A stretch of DNA of 64,000 bases from Patescibacteria group bacterium. GTDB lineage: Bacteria > Patescibacteriota > Minisyncoccia > Phycocordibacterales > Phycocordibacteraceae. The notes under the pieces are model-generated. The model made no database searches. It was not told the origin of the DNA and saw only the letters and a list, made by a program, of their open reading frames with translations. Each line of letters opens with the position of its first letter. Position 1 is the stretch's first letter. Both the position numbers and the translations under genes were made by a program. This document shows positions 11,953-22,692 of the stretch, piece after piece. Location of the stretch: assembly GCA_018971045.1 (NCBI GenBank), contig JAGWVF010000001.1:11480-75479 (forward strand). The letters are read 5' to 3'.

Positions 11953-12417
11953 TTACCACGCGAAGTGAGCGAAGGCCTTGTTCGCATCCGCCATCCGGTG
12001 CATCTCGTCCTTCTTCTTGATCGCGTCGCCTTCATTCTTGGCGGCGAGGAGGAGCTCATTCGCAAGCTTCTCGGCCATCGGCTTTCCCTTCTTGTTGCGG
12101 GCGGCGTTAATGAGCCAGCGGAAAGAGAGCGCGAGACGGCGGTTCTGAGGCACTTCTCGGGGCACCTGGTAGTTCGCTCCGCCGACGCGGCGCGAACGCA
12201 CCTCCATAAGCGGCGAGACGTTGCGGAGCGCCGCCTCGAAGGTCTCAAGCGGATTCGCGCCGCTCTTCTCGATCTCGGCGAGAGCGTCGTAGACGACGGA
12301 ACGCGCGACATCCTTCTTCCCGTTCCACATGAGCGTATTGATGAAGCGAGTGAGCGTCTCCGATCCGTACTTGATGTCCAGACGCCAGACGCGCTGCTTT
12401 TTAAGAGGGCGGCGCAT
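11953..12417 (-). CDS. rpsG: 30S ribosomal protein S7
   Basis: EVRSRRVGGANYQVP, HRMADANKAFAHF. Confidence 0.98.
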   Translation of the reverse strand: MRRPLKKQRVWRLDIKYGSETLTRFINTLMWNGKKDVARSVVYDALAEIEKSGANPLETFEAALRNVSPLMEVRSRRVGGANYQVPREVPQNRRLALSFRWLINAARNKKGKPMAEKLANELLLAAKNEGDAIKKKDEMHRMADANKAFAHFAW

Positions 12418-12418
12418 A

Positions 12419-12835
12419 TTACTTGGCGGCCGACGGGCGCTTCGCGCCGTAACGAGAACGGCTGGTGCGGCGTTTCTCAAGGCCGGCGGTATCGAGCTTG
12501 CCGCGCACGATCGTGTACTGAACGCCGATATCCTTCACGCGGCCGCCGCGTAGAAGCACCACCGAGTGTTCCTGGAGATTATGCGTTTCGCCGGGGATGT
12601 AGGCGGTGATCTCCATACCGTTCGTGAGGCGGACGCGGGCGATCTTGCGGATAGCGGAGTTCGGCTTTCTCGGGGTCTTCGTGGTCACCTTGGTACAGAC
12701 GCCGCGCTTGAAGGGCGAGGCGTAGAAGGTCGGGTGGTTCTTGAGCGCATTGAAACCGCGCGCCAATGCCGGCACGCTCGTCTTGGACGACTTATTCTTC
12801 CGTCCTTTCCTCGAGAGCTGATTGATGGTGGCCAT
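12419..12835 (-). CDS. rpsL: 30S ribosomal protein S12
   Basis: [32 protein letters not shown]. Confidence 0.98.
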   Translation of the reverse strand: MATINQLSRKGRKNKSSKTSVPALARGFNALKNHPTFYASPFKRGVCTKVTTKTPRKPNSAIRKIARVRLTNGMEITAYIPGETHNLQEHSVVLLRGGRVKDIGVQYTIVRGKLDTAGLEKRRTSRSRYGAKRPSAAK

Positions 12836-12939
12836 TTAGAAAAAGAAAACCCGAGATGGGTCTCACGCAATATAAAGGAATAACGGTAGAAATGCAACAC
12901 TATGTCCCGCGGAACCGGCATCTCCGGTATTCTCGATCG

Positions 12940-14046
12940 CTACCTTTCAGGATCGATCGGCTCTCGATACGGGTCGGCAGAGTAGGAGCGCGGGGCGGCA
13001 GGATGCGGCGGCGTGATCGGCATCGCGGGATTTGCCGGAGTAGTAGCCCGTATCGGCATCGCCTTCTGCGGCGAGAGCTCTTGCGGTATGAGCGGAGCCG
13101 ATTGAATCGGGGCGATGGAAGGAGCGGGGCGGGGCGCTTGATACAAAGGTGCCGATCGTGAACCGGGCACTGCGACTGCCGGCAATGCTCCGGGAAGATT
13201 CTGCTGAGTCGTCCTCGCCACCTCGATATGCGACTCTTCATGGTCCTCAAGGAGCTGGCTCGATTCTACCAGTCTCGTATACGCCGGTTGGGGAGCCGGT
13301 TCTGGGCGCGCCGGTTGAGTGGGCGGCGCCGGGCGGTGGTCTGTCGGATTGGCTTGCAACTTATTTATAGAACGCGGCTGAGGTCGCGCCTGAGGAACCG
13401 CGCGCAGGTACGCGCCGAGATTCGCGCTCTCTTGATTCGGGTAGCGGGGCGACTGCGGCGGCGGCGCGAAATATCCCGGCGGATTTTCAGGCATATAGCT
13501 TGCCGAAAACGGCTTCTCCTTCGGCAATGAAACCGGCTCGGATATTTCCGAGCGCATCTCGGCGACTCCGGGTGAACCGACCGGACGGAGTATGGGCTCG
13601 GCTGGCGCCACGGGTGCGGGCGGCGTCACTGGGCGCATATCCGGCGGCATCATGAGCCGCTCCGCAGGCAGCGGAGGCGGGACTGCTCTCGCGGGCGTGA
13701 CGGGCACCTCCCCCACGACCGGCCCCCGTTCCATCTCCTGCCGTATCGGGATGAACAGTTGCTGATTCAAATCTTGCACAATGCCGCTGACTGCCGCCTC
13801 ATCGAGGCCGCCATCTTCGAAAAGCGCTTGAATAAATTCTTCATCGGTCTTTAAGCCAAGAAGGAGTAGTATCATTTCACGCTCGACAACAACACCCGCA
13901 TCAATATGGAGCTTATATTTGAATGTCAGATCCCTTGCGACTGATTCGACTTTTCCATTCGCAAATACTGATCGGATCTGCGGAGGCACCTGAGAGAGCA
14001 CCTCCCGTACGTCGTTCTCGAGCGATTGATCAAGCGGCGGATTCAT
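12940..14046 (-). CDS. Proline-rich hypothetical protein
   Basis: Helical N-terminal domain, long Pro-rich linker, C-terminal DPYREP tail that I recall from Parcubacteria proteins. Confidence 0.75.
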   Translation of the reverse strand: MNPPLDQSLENDVREVLSQVPPQIRSVFANGKVESVARDLTFKYKLHIDAGVVVEREMILLLLGLKTDEEFIQALFEDGGLDEAAVSGIVQDLNQQLFIPIRQEMERGPVVGEVPVTPARAVPPPLPAERLMMPPDMRPVTPPAPVAPAEPILRPVGSPGVAEMRSEISEPVSLPKEKPFSASYMPENPPGYFAPPPQSPRYPNQESANLGAYLRAVPQARPQPRSINKLQANPTDHRPAPPTQPARPEPAPQPAYTRLVESSQLLEDHEESHIEVARTTQQNLPGALPAVAVPGSRSAPLYQAPRPAPSIAPIQSAPLIPQELSPQKAMPIRATTPANPAMPITPPHPAAPRSYSADPYREPIDPER

Positions 14047-14052
14047 AGGGTG

Positions 14053-16200
14053 CTAGGGGTGAGCTCCGCCGGCAGCCGCTCCTCCGGGCGCGGCAGGTGC
14101 CGGCTGTGATTGACGTTCGAGAATATCCAAAAGAATCTTTGTGTCTTTCTCTGCTTTCGATTTTCCTGCCGCGTCTCTAATTTTATCAGCGGCTTTTGAG
14201 TTGGCATAGGGATTGATGAAATTAACGGTTCTTCTAAAGAATCCTCCTTTGTTTTGATCGATGTATAGATTTAATCTCTCGGCATATTTCATCTGCGGCG
14301 CCTTTTTCAATCTTTCGACTTCTGTTTGATGCACCTTCACTTCTTCTTCTTGAACTTTCACTAGTTGATCGTGAACGCTCTTTAACTTCTCCTGCTCTCT
14401 CTTCTGCTCGTCGCGTTTTTGCGCCTGATCAGCGAGCGCCGTATTGAGCGAGAAGGTTGCCGCTCTGATCGCATCCGCGTTACCGCTTGCCTGTGCCGCC
14501 GCGAAGTTCGCGCGCTCCGCCTCAATCTGATTATTAAACGGTTCAATATCATTCTTATGCTGCTTACGAAGCGCTTCCATTTCGCTGTTGTTTTGTCTCT
14601 TGATGTCCTCTACGGTATTCTCCATCATCGTCTTTCGTCTCTCTGCTTCTTTTTGTTGTTTCTTTTCCTTTCCTGTTTGCTGGAGAGACTCCGCGAATTC
14701 CTCGTGCTCTTTAATCTTCTTTTTCTCCATTTCGCGGAACCCGCCCTTATTCGCCGCGCCGAGATTGACTCCAGACACTAACGGGATGGATTTGAGCGTC
14801 TCGATACCGCGAAAATCGAAGCTGGCCTTCGCGCCGCGGCCAAGCGCCCCCTGAAGCGGTTTGCCGACGAAAGGAACGCGCCCGACTCTCCGAGAGAGAC
14901 CCTGGGATAATCTCCCGACTGAGTTGCGCATACCCCACCCCGTGAGGCCGAAGGTCAGCTTCCCGGCAGTCTTGGTCGCCCAATCGCCGCCGAAGGCGGA
15001 CCAGCGCTTCGAATAGACAATGACGAGGAGCAGGAGCCCCATCGCGACAAGGAAGGAGAGGATGATGCCGGCAAAGCCGGCGAAATCAGTGGATCCGTTT
15101 GAACTTGTGATGAATCCCGTCCAATCGGGCTCGCTGTTTCCGTTAAGAGCGATGAATTTCGCATCGGTAATCACTGCGAGAGCGATGTAGAGCATCAGCA
15201 TCAGGATCGGTGCCGTAACGGTCTGTTCAAAGAGGAGCGCCCACCACTGCTTCGCGCGGGCGGCGAAGCCGGGTATAGCGAGGCCGGCGAAGCCGACCGG
15301 GGCCACGATAATAAGAAAGATGAGCGCGACGAAACGCGCGATAAGAATAAACGCGAGCGAGAACATCACGAATGCGGTTGTGAGGAAGAGGATGATGCTC
15401 ATGAAGCCGATAAGTATCGAGCTTGAGTTGCTCAACACTACGCCATTCGTGATTGCGCTCGCGTAGATCCCCTGGAGCCCTAATTGATTCATCAGCTTGC
15501 TCGCAATGCCCTCGTTCTTGATCGAGTCGAGGTCGAAGTTCTTCGCGCCTGCCGGAGTGCCGCCATTGATCTGAGTATAAAATTGAGTGGCGAAAAGATT
15601 GCCGGCGTCTATGATCGCCTCGGAGAAGAAGAGAGAAAAATTGATGAATATCGCGCCGACGAGAAGCATCGGGAGCATCTTGCGTATCCCGTACCAATCC
15701 GTATTCAGGATCGTCGCGATACCCACCGCGAGAAATCCGAAGATAAAGAGAATATTCCCGATATCACGCAGAATCCGCCACGTGATGCCGATCGCGGCGA
15801 GATTTCTCACATAGTCTCCCATGGTAACGACGGTGTAATACACCGCATTGTCGAGCGTGATCGCCGCGACCCCGACCATCCACGCGAACAGCTGTGTGAT
15901 CCAGGTTATGACTTTGGCGAGCGAGTCGTCGATCTGAGGGCCGCTCTGGAAGATGCTCGGCGTCGCGGCAGCCTTCGGGTCCTGCTTGGCCATATCGGCA
16001 ACAGCTTGGCTGACGCCGCTTTGAGAAGCGGCATTGGTCGCATCTATACTAGCCTGCGAGTACGCGCTTCCTGTCGTCGGATCAATAAGAATACCCGGAT
16101 CAGGATTCGCCGCGTCTTGCGCCTGCGCGACGGGAGCCGTACTCATCGCTCCTAGAGTAAGCGCGAGAAGGATGAGCGAAGTGGTAAGGAAGCGTTTCAT
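14053..16200 (-). CDS. Polytopic membrane protein, TrbL/VirB6-like, with coiled-coil C-terminus
   Basis: Signal peptide, several TM helices (WRILRDIGN..., LIARFVALIFLIIVAP), charged coiled-coil tail. Confidence 0.65.
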   Translation of the reverse strand: MKRFLTTSLILLALTLGAMSTAPVAQAQDAANPDPGILIDPTTGSAYSQASIDATNAASQSGVSQAVADMAKQDPKAAATPSIFQSGPQIDDSLAKVITWITQLFAWMVGVAAITLDNAVYYTVVTMGDYVRNLAAIGITWRILRDIGNILFIFGFLAVGIATILNTDWYGIRKMLPMLLVGAIFINFSLFFSEAIIDAGNLFATQFYTQINGGTPAGAKNFDLDSIKNEGIASKLMNQLGLQGIYASAITNGVVLSNSSSILIGFMSIILFLTTAFVMFSLAFILIARFVALIFLIIVAPVGFAGLAIPGFAARAKQWWALLFEQTVTAPILMLMLYIALAVITDAKFIALNGNSEPDWTGFITSSNGSTDFAGFAGIILSFLVAMGLLLLVIVYSKRWSAFGGDWATKTAGKLTFGLTGWGMRNSVGRLSQGLSRRVGRVPFVGKPLQGALGRGAKASFDFRGIETLKSIPLVSGVNLGAANKGGFREMEKKKIKEHEEFAESLQQTGKEKKQQKEAERRKTMMENTVEDIKRQNNSEMEALRKQHKNDIEPFNNQIEAERANFAAAQASGNADAIRAATFSLNTALADQAQKRDEQKREQEKLKSVHDQLVKVQEEEVKVHQTEVERLKKAPQMKYAERLNLYIDQNKGGFFRRTVNFINPYANSKAADKIRDAAGKSKAEKDTKILLDILERQSQPAPAAPGGAAAGGAHP

Positions 16201-16203
16201 ACG

Positions 16204-17826
16204 TTAAGGGCCGCCACCGACGATGCTGCCATTGCCGCCGCTGTTGTCCTGGCCGCACGCTATTTGCAGGCTCGCCGCATTTGAAGTGACGAGCTCGAGC
16301 CGATCGACGAGCGAACCGCCGGATACGTTCAGAGAGCCGGGCGGCACCGCTTTGGCTAGAGCATTGTGCGAAGTGGCTTCTTGATTAGCATCGAGCACAT
16401 CTTGATCCGTCGGGGCCATATCCTGCAGAGCTTGAAGATTGTTCGTGTAGGAGGCCTTCCCTTCTATCGTTTTGGTATTTTGCGCGTCCGTCGCTTGCGC
16501 TATGAAGGCGCGCGCTGATGCGACGGTTACCGCCACATTTCTTGCGTTATTTAATACCGGGGCCACCTCATTCGTCATCGCATCCTGTGCGGCCGCTGCC
16601 GAGCCGGGACAGGAGTTCGCGAGATTGGCGAGCGCCGCAGAAGCATTCTGCGCGGCATTTTTGATAGTATTCCAGGATGATTCGAGGTCGTTTACGCGCT
16701 TTGTCGCGGCGTCTGCCACGGTTCTTTGAATATCCGCGGAATTTTGGAAGACGGTATCGGTTGTTATTCCTAAGAAAGCCGATCTGTCGTAGGCTGAGAG
16801 AGAGTTCGCGCCGTTATTCGTGCCGAAGCCGGCGAGACCTCCCGATCCATGGCCGCCGAGAATCGATTGGGCGAGATTTATTGTCTGGAATATCGTAGCG
16901 ATTTGACCCATCATTTGATTGACCTCATTTGCGACCTGACCCATTGTAACGATCTTGTCCTGGGCCGAACCGAGAACCTTATCGAGCGTCGATTTAATAG
17001 TTGTGCCGGGAGTCTGAATGGTGCCGGGGGTTCCGTCGCTATTGGTGCAGGGCTCGCCGGGGTTCACGCCATTCCCGGCGGATCCTCCTTTCGCGGCGGC
17101 CGCACCGTCGTCAGTCGTCCCGCACCACGACATAAACCCTTGGCCCCACGCAATGATTTGGCTGCGGGTGTTCTGCGCATCGGCGACGATTGAACCGAGC
17201 TGGCTTTCGGCCGCTTGATAGAGTGCATAGGGATTATTCTGGGGCTGGGTGGTAAGCGCGAACCAGGCCTTCACGCCGCCGCCCTGCGCCCAGTTTCCCT
17301 TCAGGAAAGTATTGATATTTGGCGAGGCGAGAGAGAGCGTGCACTTATTCGCGGCCAAGAAGCCGGCCAGGCTTGTCTTCTGACTATACGAGTCCTTCAG
17401 CGAAGTCGCGATTGCGTCGGAAAAGGGCGAGCTCAAGACACTCTTGTTCTTGAGCTGAAGGAAGAAGGCGTTCGCCTGGATATCGCCCACCTTCTGCAGG
17501 GTCACTTGGAGATTCTGAGTGAATTGCGGCTGACCGGTTCCATTGGACTGGCCGATGACAAAGGCGAGAACGCCCGCAGTCATCGCTTTCAGCAACCCGA
17601 CCGACATCACAAACGCGAGCGGTTGAAGCACGTAGGTATTGATGCGCTGTGCCCAAGTCGCTATAGAGGTGATGGTGTTTTTTATCTCGTCGAGAAAATC
17701 ATTGGTCGGGACACCGGTAACGCTTTGTGCGTGAGTTACGGAAGGATATGCGAATAGAGTCGCCGGGACCACTAACGCCAGTATCAACAAGACCGCCGTA
17801 AGTGATTTGAAAAAACGAGTATTCAT
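16204..17826 (-). CDS. Secreted or membrane hypothetical protein
   Basis: Signal peptide (THAQ), Cys pairs, PQNNPY and IQTPG motifs. Confidence 0.75.
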   Translation of the reverse strand: MNTRFFKSLTAVLLILALVVPATLFAYPSVTHAQSVTGVPTNDFLDEIKNTITSIATWAQRINTYVLQPLAFVMSVGLLKAMTAGVLAFVIGQSNGTGQPQFTQNLQVTLQKVGDIQANAFFLQLKNKSVLSSPFSDAIATSLKDSYSQKTSLAGFLAANKCTLSLASPNINTFLKGNWAQGGGVKAWFALTTQPQNNPYALYQAAESQLGSIVADAQNTRSQIIAWGQGFMSWCGTTDDGAAAAKGGSAGNGVNPGEPCTNSDGTPGTIQTPGTTIKSTLDKVLGSAQDKIVTMGQVANEVNQMMGQIATIFQTINLAQSILGGHGSGGLAGFGTNNGANSLSAYDRSAFLGITTDTVFQNSADIQRTVADAATKRVNDLESSWNTIKNAAQNASAALANLANSCPGSAAAAQDAMTNEVAPVLNNARNVAVTVASARAFIAQATDAQNTKTIEGKASYTNNLQALQDMAPTDQDVLDANQEATSHNALAKAVPPGSLNVSGGSLVDRLELVTSNAASLQIACGQDNSGGNGSIVGGGP

Positions 17827-18854
17827 GGCTGAGGCGCGCCGCTCGTGCCCGAAACGCCGGACATGAGATTTACGAACGATGCTCCCGGTGAACCTGCCGC
17901 GAGATGTATGCCGGCGGCGGCATAGACTGACCCAATGTCCGTGAACGCCTTGGCGAGACCCTGCACGGATGACTGATACTGGGTAAGCGCGAGTATCGCG
18001 GCAAGCGGATCGGTGTTTACCAGAGTGAAATCGTTAATGACTTTACTCATGTGCATAAGCGCATTGATAAGTTCGAGATCCTGCCCGGCAAGCTCTTGAG
18101 GAACGGGAAGCACGACAAGACCTGTGGCTGAATCACGATACGATTTAGCTATGGCTGCGATAAAGGTTAGCGCGGTTGCATTCCCGTTTTCAGCTTCTTT
18201 TAAATAGGCTAATTCGGTAGTCGTCGCGTTATTCGAATTTTTTCTCAAGAGATTCTCCGCATCGGCGGCGAAGGAAAGGAGCGCGCTCGAGCCTGACGCG
18301 CCAATCACTAAATCCGCGGGGTTCTTATACTTCGGCGTAATCGCGACAGACGAGGAGAGCATATTCACGGCACGGTTCACTACATCGCTCATTTGAGCAT
18401 CAGTGAGATCAGCGCCGCCGGCATTTTGTTTGGCTTGGAGATAGAGCATGAAAAAGGTCTTCGAGAAGGCGGCGGTCAGCGTCCCGTCCGCGGGAGCCGG
18501 CGGGAGATCGTCGACGCCGAGGGTTGCCGGGGTCGCGGTCGCGACGGGAATGTCCGCGATCGCCTTCGGCACGATGAGTCCCTTCGCCACCGCCTCGCCA
18601 TCGGTCATTCCGAGATTGAAGTAGTCCGTCGTCGTACTGTCGATGGGGATGCCGTAGAGCGTTTTCTGCCAGTCGGGCAGGCCGTCGCCGTTTGAATCTT
18701 TCGTCGCGATCGCCCGAAGGAGCTCCGTCTCAGTCGAAGCTTCCGCAACCGAGGGCGCCGCGGCGCCGCGAGCGAGCAGGAAGGCGCTCCCTATGAGCAC
18801 CGCTGAAAACAGTGATGCGAGAATGACACGCCAATTTCTTACTATGCCCCCCAT
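17823..18854 (-). CDS. Membrane-anchored protein with a Ca-binding DxDxDG-like motif
   Basis: N-terminal TM segment, DSNGDGLPDW. Confidence 0.7.
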   Translation of the reverse strand: MGGIVRNWRVILASLFSAVLIGSAFLLARGAAAPSVAEASTETELLRAIATKDSNGDGLPDWQKTLYGIPIDSTTTDYFNLGMTDGEAVAKGLIVPKAIADIPVATATPATLGVDDLPPAPADGTLTAAFSKTFFMLYLQAKQNAGGADLTDAQMSDVVNRAVNMLSSSVAITPKYKNPADLVIGASGSSALLSFAADAENLLRKNSNNATTTELAYLKEAENGNATALTFIAAIAKSYRDSATGLVVLPVPQELAGQDLELINALMHMSKVINDFTLVNTDPLAAILALTQYQSSVQGLAKAFTDIGSVYAAAGIHLAAGSPGASFVNLMSGVSGTSGAPQP

Positions 18855-18941
18855 AGTATGCTTATTCAGTATACCAGTAGTACGCGAGGGATACAGTCAA
18901 TAGCGCCTACGATATGTGCATTAGAATGCTATTCTACGCGT

Positions 18942-19940
18942 ATGCGAACGCGCTCTGTTTTATTGTCAATTCTATTCTTCTTCGCGGCACTCTTCGGAGG
19001 GGCGGCGGCTCACGCGCTAGGCGTTCAGAACGAGATATTTTCAGCAAATCTCTCTATCGGGTCTTCCGGAATACAGGTAATGGCTCTTCAACAGCTCCTC
19101 AATAAAGATCCGGCAACGCGCGTTTCCGCTGATGGTCCCGGATCTCCGGGAAATGAGACCGGGCACTTCGGAACGATGACCCGAGCGGCGGTGATCCGTT
19201 TCCAGGAGAAGTACGCGGACGAAATCCTGATTCCCGCCGGACTTATCCGTGGCAATGGGCGCGTCGGGCTCTTCACTCGGGCCAAATTGAACGCACTCGT
19301 GGCACAGTCGATCGGCGCACAAAGAATCTCCCAATCGACAACAACGGCTGTGAAAGCTCCGGCAATCTCCGTTGCTACCGCGACATCCACCAATCCAAAT
19401 CTAAAAAATAGCGCGATATTCCTCGCTGCAATTGACAACATTGCCGTTAAAAAAGGGATGGGCGCGACCGCTATCGCGACAATGAACGAACAAATGTTGA
19501 AAGCGCTGGCGACGACGACCGATCTTCGCGCGGCGTTTATCCAAACAGTAGAGAAGAAATCCGCCCTGTCGCTTCAAGATACCGGATTCCTCGATCATCT
19601 GGTAAACGACATCGGTCAGATCCTTGAAAAGACCTTCATGCCCGAGCGGGCATACGCCGCAACAGGCGTACCGTTCGGCGGCGCCCTGCTCTTCACTTTC
19701 TATTGCTGGAATAGCAATACTTGGCTTATCGGTGTCGAGCCGCTTCCCCCCTCCTTCGCGTCCATTCTCACCTACGTGCCTGAATCTCAAGCGTTTCTCT
19801 CCTATAATATCCCCGCTACCACTTGGCTACTTGGAGAATATGCGCCCGGCGCGGGAGTCTGTGTCTTTGCATGCCCTTTCTGCGTCTCTGTCCCGTCAGA
19901 AGGAATGATCACCCCGATGACCGGATCGTCTCCTTTGTAA
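18942..19940 (+). CDS. Secreted peptidoglycan-binding domain protein
   Basis: Signal peptide; LSIGSSG..V.ALQQLL, FGTMTRAAVIRFQ, VGLFTRAKLN (PG_binding_1-like); Cys-rich tail. Confidence 0.75.
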   Translation: MRTRSVLLSILFFFAALFGGAAAHALGVQNEIFSANLSIGSSGIQVMALQQLLNKDPATRVSADGPGSPGNETGHFGTMTRAAVIRFQEKYADEILIPAGLIRGNGRVGLFTRAKLNALVAQSIGAQRISQSTTTAVKAPAISVATATSTNPNLKNSAIFLAAIDNIAVKKGMGATAIATMNEQMLKALATTTDLRAAFIQTVEKKSALSLQDTGFLDHLVNDIGQILEKTFMPERAYAATGVPFGGALLFTFYCWNSNTWLIGVEPLPPSFASILTYVPESQAFLSYNIPATTWLLGEYAPGAGVCVFACPFCVSVPSEGMITPMTGSSPL

Positions 19941-20682
19941 GAACCATCCATACGTCAAGCGGCAGATCTTCGGCGCGGGCCTTTTCAAGAATATCTCCCG
20001 CCTCAAAACCGGCGTCGGCGAGATTGTTGCGTACATATTTTCGTTTGTGCGCGAAGCCCGCGTGAAGAAGCGCGAAAAAACGTTCTTCTTCGGCGCGCGA
20101 AGCGAACCGCGCGCGGGAAATGCCGCGAATGGAAAGCACGGCCGAGTCAACCTTTGGCATAGGGCGAAAGGCGCCCTTCGGAACGGTAAATTCATATCTC
20201 GGCGCGCCGTACGCTTTGATCGAGAGCGAGAGGAGCGATTCCTTTTTACTGCGCGCGACGCGTTCGGCGACTTCCTTCTGCACCAAGAGCGTCATCGAGG
20301 CCGGCTGGTTCAGCGCAGTGAGAAATAATCTGAATATCTCGCCCGTGAGGTAATAGGGGATATTCGCGACAAGCGCATATCCCTTCGGAAGGGCTTCGAT
20401 ATCGAACGCGCGGATATCGCCGTGTAAAAGTTCGAGCTGGCCGTTTGCGATCTCGGCTGAAAAATCGTGCCTCAATTTCTCGACCAGTTCGCGATCAGCC
20501 TCGAGGGCGATCACCTTCTTCGCTTTCTTCAGAAGTTCGCGCGTGAGCGTTCCGGTCCCCGGTCCGATCTCGCATACGGTTGCGTCTCGAGCGATCTCGG
20601 CAACAAGTACGATGCGCTCCGCGATGCGCGCATGCATCAAGAAATTTTGTCCGAGCGACTTCTTCGGGCGCACGCTAGGCAT
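19909..20682 (-). CDS. rsmA: 16S rRNA adenine dimethyltransferase
   Basis: KKSLGQNFL, EIGPGTG, VANIPYY, F.P.PKVDSA. Confidence 0.96.
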   Translation of the reverse strand: MPSVRPKKSLGQNFLMHARIAERIVLVAEIARDATVCEIGPGTGTLTRELLKKAKKVIALEADRELVEKLRHDFSAEIANGQLELLHGDIRAFDIEALPKGYALVANIPYYLTGEIFRLFLTALNQPASMTLLVQKEVAERVARSKKESLLSLSIKAYGAPRYEFTVPKGAFRPMPKVDSAVLSIRGISRARFASRAEEERFFALLHAGFAHKRKYVRNNLADAGFEAGDILEKARAEDLPLDVWMVLTKETIRSSG

Positions 20683-22615
20683 CGATGATGTCCTCTCCAT
20701 ACGCGTCATCATACTGCATCACGATGCTGTCGATATCGGCAAGAAAGGATGACGGTTCGAAGGCGTAGTCGCTGCCGTAGATCTTGCGCACCCGGGCGAG
20801 CGTGAGAAAGAGGCGCTCCTTCGCGCGCGTCATCGCCACGTAGAAAAGGCGGCGCTCCTCCTCCGCGTCGCGATCCGTATCGTCTCCCATTCCCTCGTGC
20901 GGGAAGAGCCCCTCTTCCATGCCGGCGACAAAAACGGTGCCGAATTCGAGTCCCTTCGCGGCGTGCACGGTCATGAGCGTTACGCCCGGCCTCTCGCCGC
21001 GATCGAGCTCGTCTTGGTCGCTTGCGAGAGCCGTTTCGGCGAGAAAGGCCGCGATACCCTCCTTCCCCGCGACGGCGTCGTGGCGCGCCGCCACCGACGC
21101 GAGCTCTTCGACGTTCTGAAAGCGCTCGCGATCCTCGGCGTTCCCCTCTTCATACAGTACCCGACGCATGCCGCTCGTCTCGACCGCGAGCTTGACGAAC
21201 TCCGAAGGGATGAGCGTCAGGGCGGCGCGCGCGAGATCGTTTATCGCGCGCTCGAATGCCTCGACCTTCGCGCGTTCGCCGGCACGGAGCTCGGAACGCT
21301 GTCCCGCGGCCATCTTGCCGAGCGTTACTTTCCCGATGCCGCGCGGCGGCGCTCCCGCCGCGCGCACCGTATCGGCCTCGCGCGAAGGATCGAGCGCGAG
21401 CCGCATCCACGCGAGAGCGTCTTTCACCTCCTTCCGCGCGAAAAAGCGCGTGCCGAGCAGTTTGTAGGGTACGCCGGCGCGTAAGAGCCCTTCCTCGAGC
21501 GCGCGGGATTGGAAATTGGTGCGGAAAAGTATCGCGATGTCTTCCGGCGGCGTCCCGTTCTGCATCAGTCCGCGGATTTTCCGCGCGATCCAGAGCGCCT
21601 CTTCCTCGGCATTGACCGCTAGATGCGCCACGATCGGCTCTCCCGGCTCGTTCTCGGTGGTTGAATACTTTTCTTTGCGATTCTTATTCTTTTCGATGAC
21701 CGCATTTGCCGCGTCAACTAAGTTCTTCGTCGAACGATAATTACGCTCGAGAATAATCGTCTGCGCGGCGGGATACGTCTTTTCGAATTCGAGCAGATTC
21801 TCGATCGTCGCGCCACGCCACGTGTAGATGGTCTGATCGATATCGCCGACGACAAAAAGATTCTGATGCTTCGCCGCGAGCAGATTCGCGAGACGTCCTT
21901 GAAGCGCACTCGTATCTTGGTATTCGTCAATGTGGATATAGCGCCAGCGGTTCTGCGCTTGCTCGAGAATATCCGCATGCTCTTCGAGGAGCCGTGCCGG
22001 GAGCGCGATCAGATCGTCGAAATCGAGCGCTTTCTCGTCGGCGAGCGTCTTCTCGTAACGCAGCCATGTTTCGGCGGTAATGCGCATACCGAACCCGGAG
22101 CGCGAATACTTCTCAAAGAATTCCCTCGCATTCATTCCCGCGCCTTTAGCGCGGGAGATGCGGCCGAGGATCGCGCGCGGCGACAGCTCTTTGGCGCCGA
22201 CGTCGAGCGCTTTGAGCGCCGCCCCGATCGCTTTTTCGGAATCGTCGCGGTCGTAAATGCCGAAGAAGCGCGGAATGCCGATTCTCTTTCCGTACTGTTC
22301 GAGGAGTTCCCGGCCGAGTCCGTGGAACGTGGCGATAAAAGGCGCTTCTTCGGCATCGCGCCGCTCGTTCGGCGCAGAATCAAGCGGGACAGAAAACGTT
22401 GCGCGCACGCGCTCGCGCATCTCCCGCGCCGCTTTGTTGGTAAAGGTAACCGCGAGAATCTCCCGCGCGGGTACTCCTTGGCGAACGAGGTGGTAGATGC
22501 GCGTGGTTAAAACGCGCGTCTTCCCGCTCCCGGCGCCCGCGAGAACCGAGATCGGCCCGTCGGTCGTGAGGATCGCCCGTTTTTGCGCTTCATTCAATCC
22601 ATCGAGGTAATTCAC
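20675..22615 (-). CDS. pcrA: UvrD/PcrA ATP-dependent DNA helicase
   Basis: AGAGSGKT, TFTNKAA, DEYQD, NYRS, MTVHAAKGLEF, EERRLFYVAMTRA. Confidence 0.93.
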   Translation of the reverse strand: MNYLDGLNEAQKRAILTTDGPISVLAGAGSGKTRVLTTRIYHLVRQGVPAREILAVTFTNKAAREMRERVRATFSVPLDSAPNERRDAEEAPFIATFHGLGRELLEQYGKRIGIPRFFGIYDRDDSEKAIGAALKALDVGAKELSPRAILGRISRAKGAGMNAREFFEKYSRSGFGMRITAETWLRYEKTLADEKALDFDDLIALPARLLEEHADILEQAQNRWRYIHIDEYQDTSALQGRLANLLAAKHQNLFVVGDIDQTIYTWRGATIENLLEFEKTYPAAQTIILERNYRSTKNLVDAANAVIEKNKNRKEKYSTTENEPGEPIVAHLAVNAEEEALWIARKIRGLMQNGTPPEDIAILFRTNFQSRALEEGLLRAGVPYKLLGTRFFARKEVKDALAWMRLALDPSREADTVRAAGAPPRGIGKVTLGKMAAGQRSELRAGERAKVEAFERAINDLARAALTLIPSEFVKLAVETSGMRRVLYEEGNAEDRERFQNVEELASVAARHDAVAGKEGIAAFLAETALASDQDELDRGERPGVTLMTVHAAKGLEFGTVFVAGMEEGLFPHEGMGDDTDRDAEEERRLFYVAMTRAKERLFLTLARVRKIYGSDYAFEPSSFLADIDSIVMQYDDAYGEDIIDA

Positions 22616-22664
22616 TTGACGAGTGTATCAAAAAACGGCTTTCCACACCTCTCGACCCCCTTTA

Positions 22665-22692
22665 TTGACTCCTCAGGCTCCCTCGGTATACT
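22665..22692 (+). promoter_or_regulatory. Sigma70-type promoter of the LysM/M23 gene
   Basis: TTGACT-16 nt-TATACT. Confidence 0.55.
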
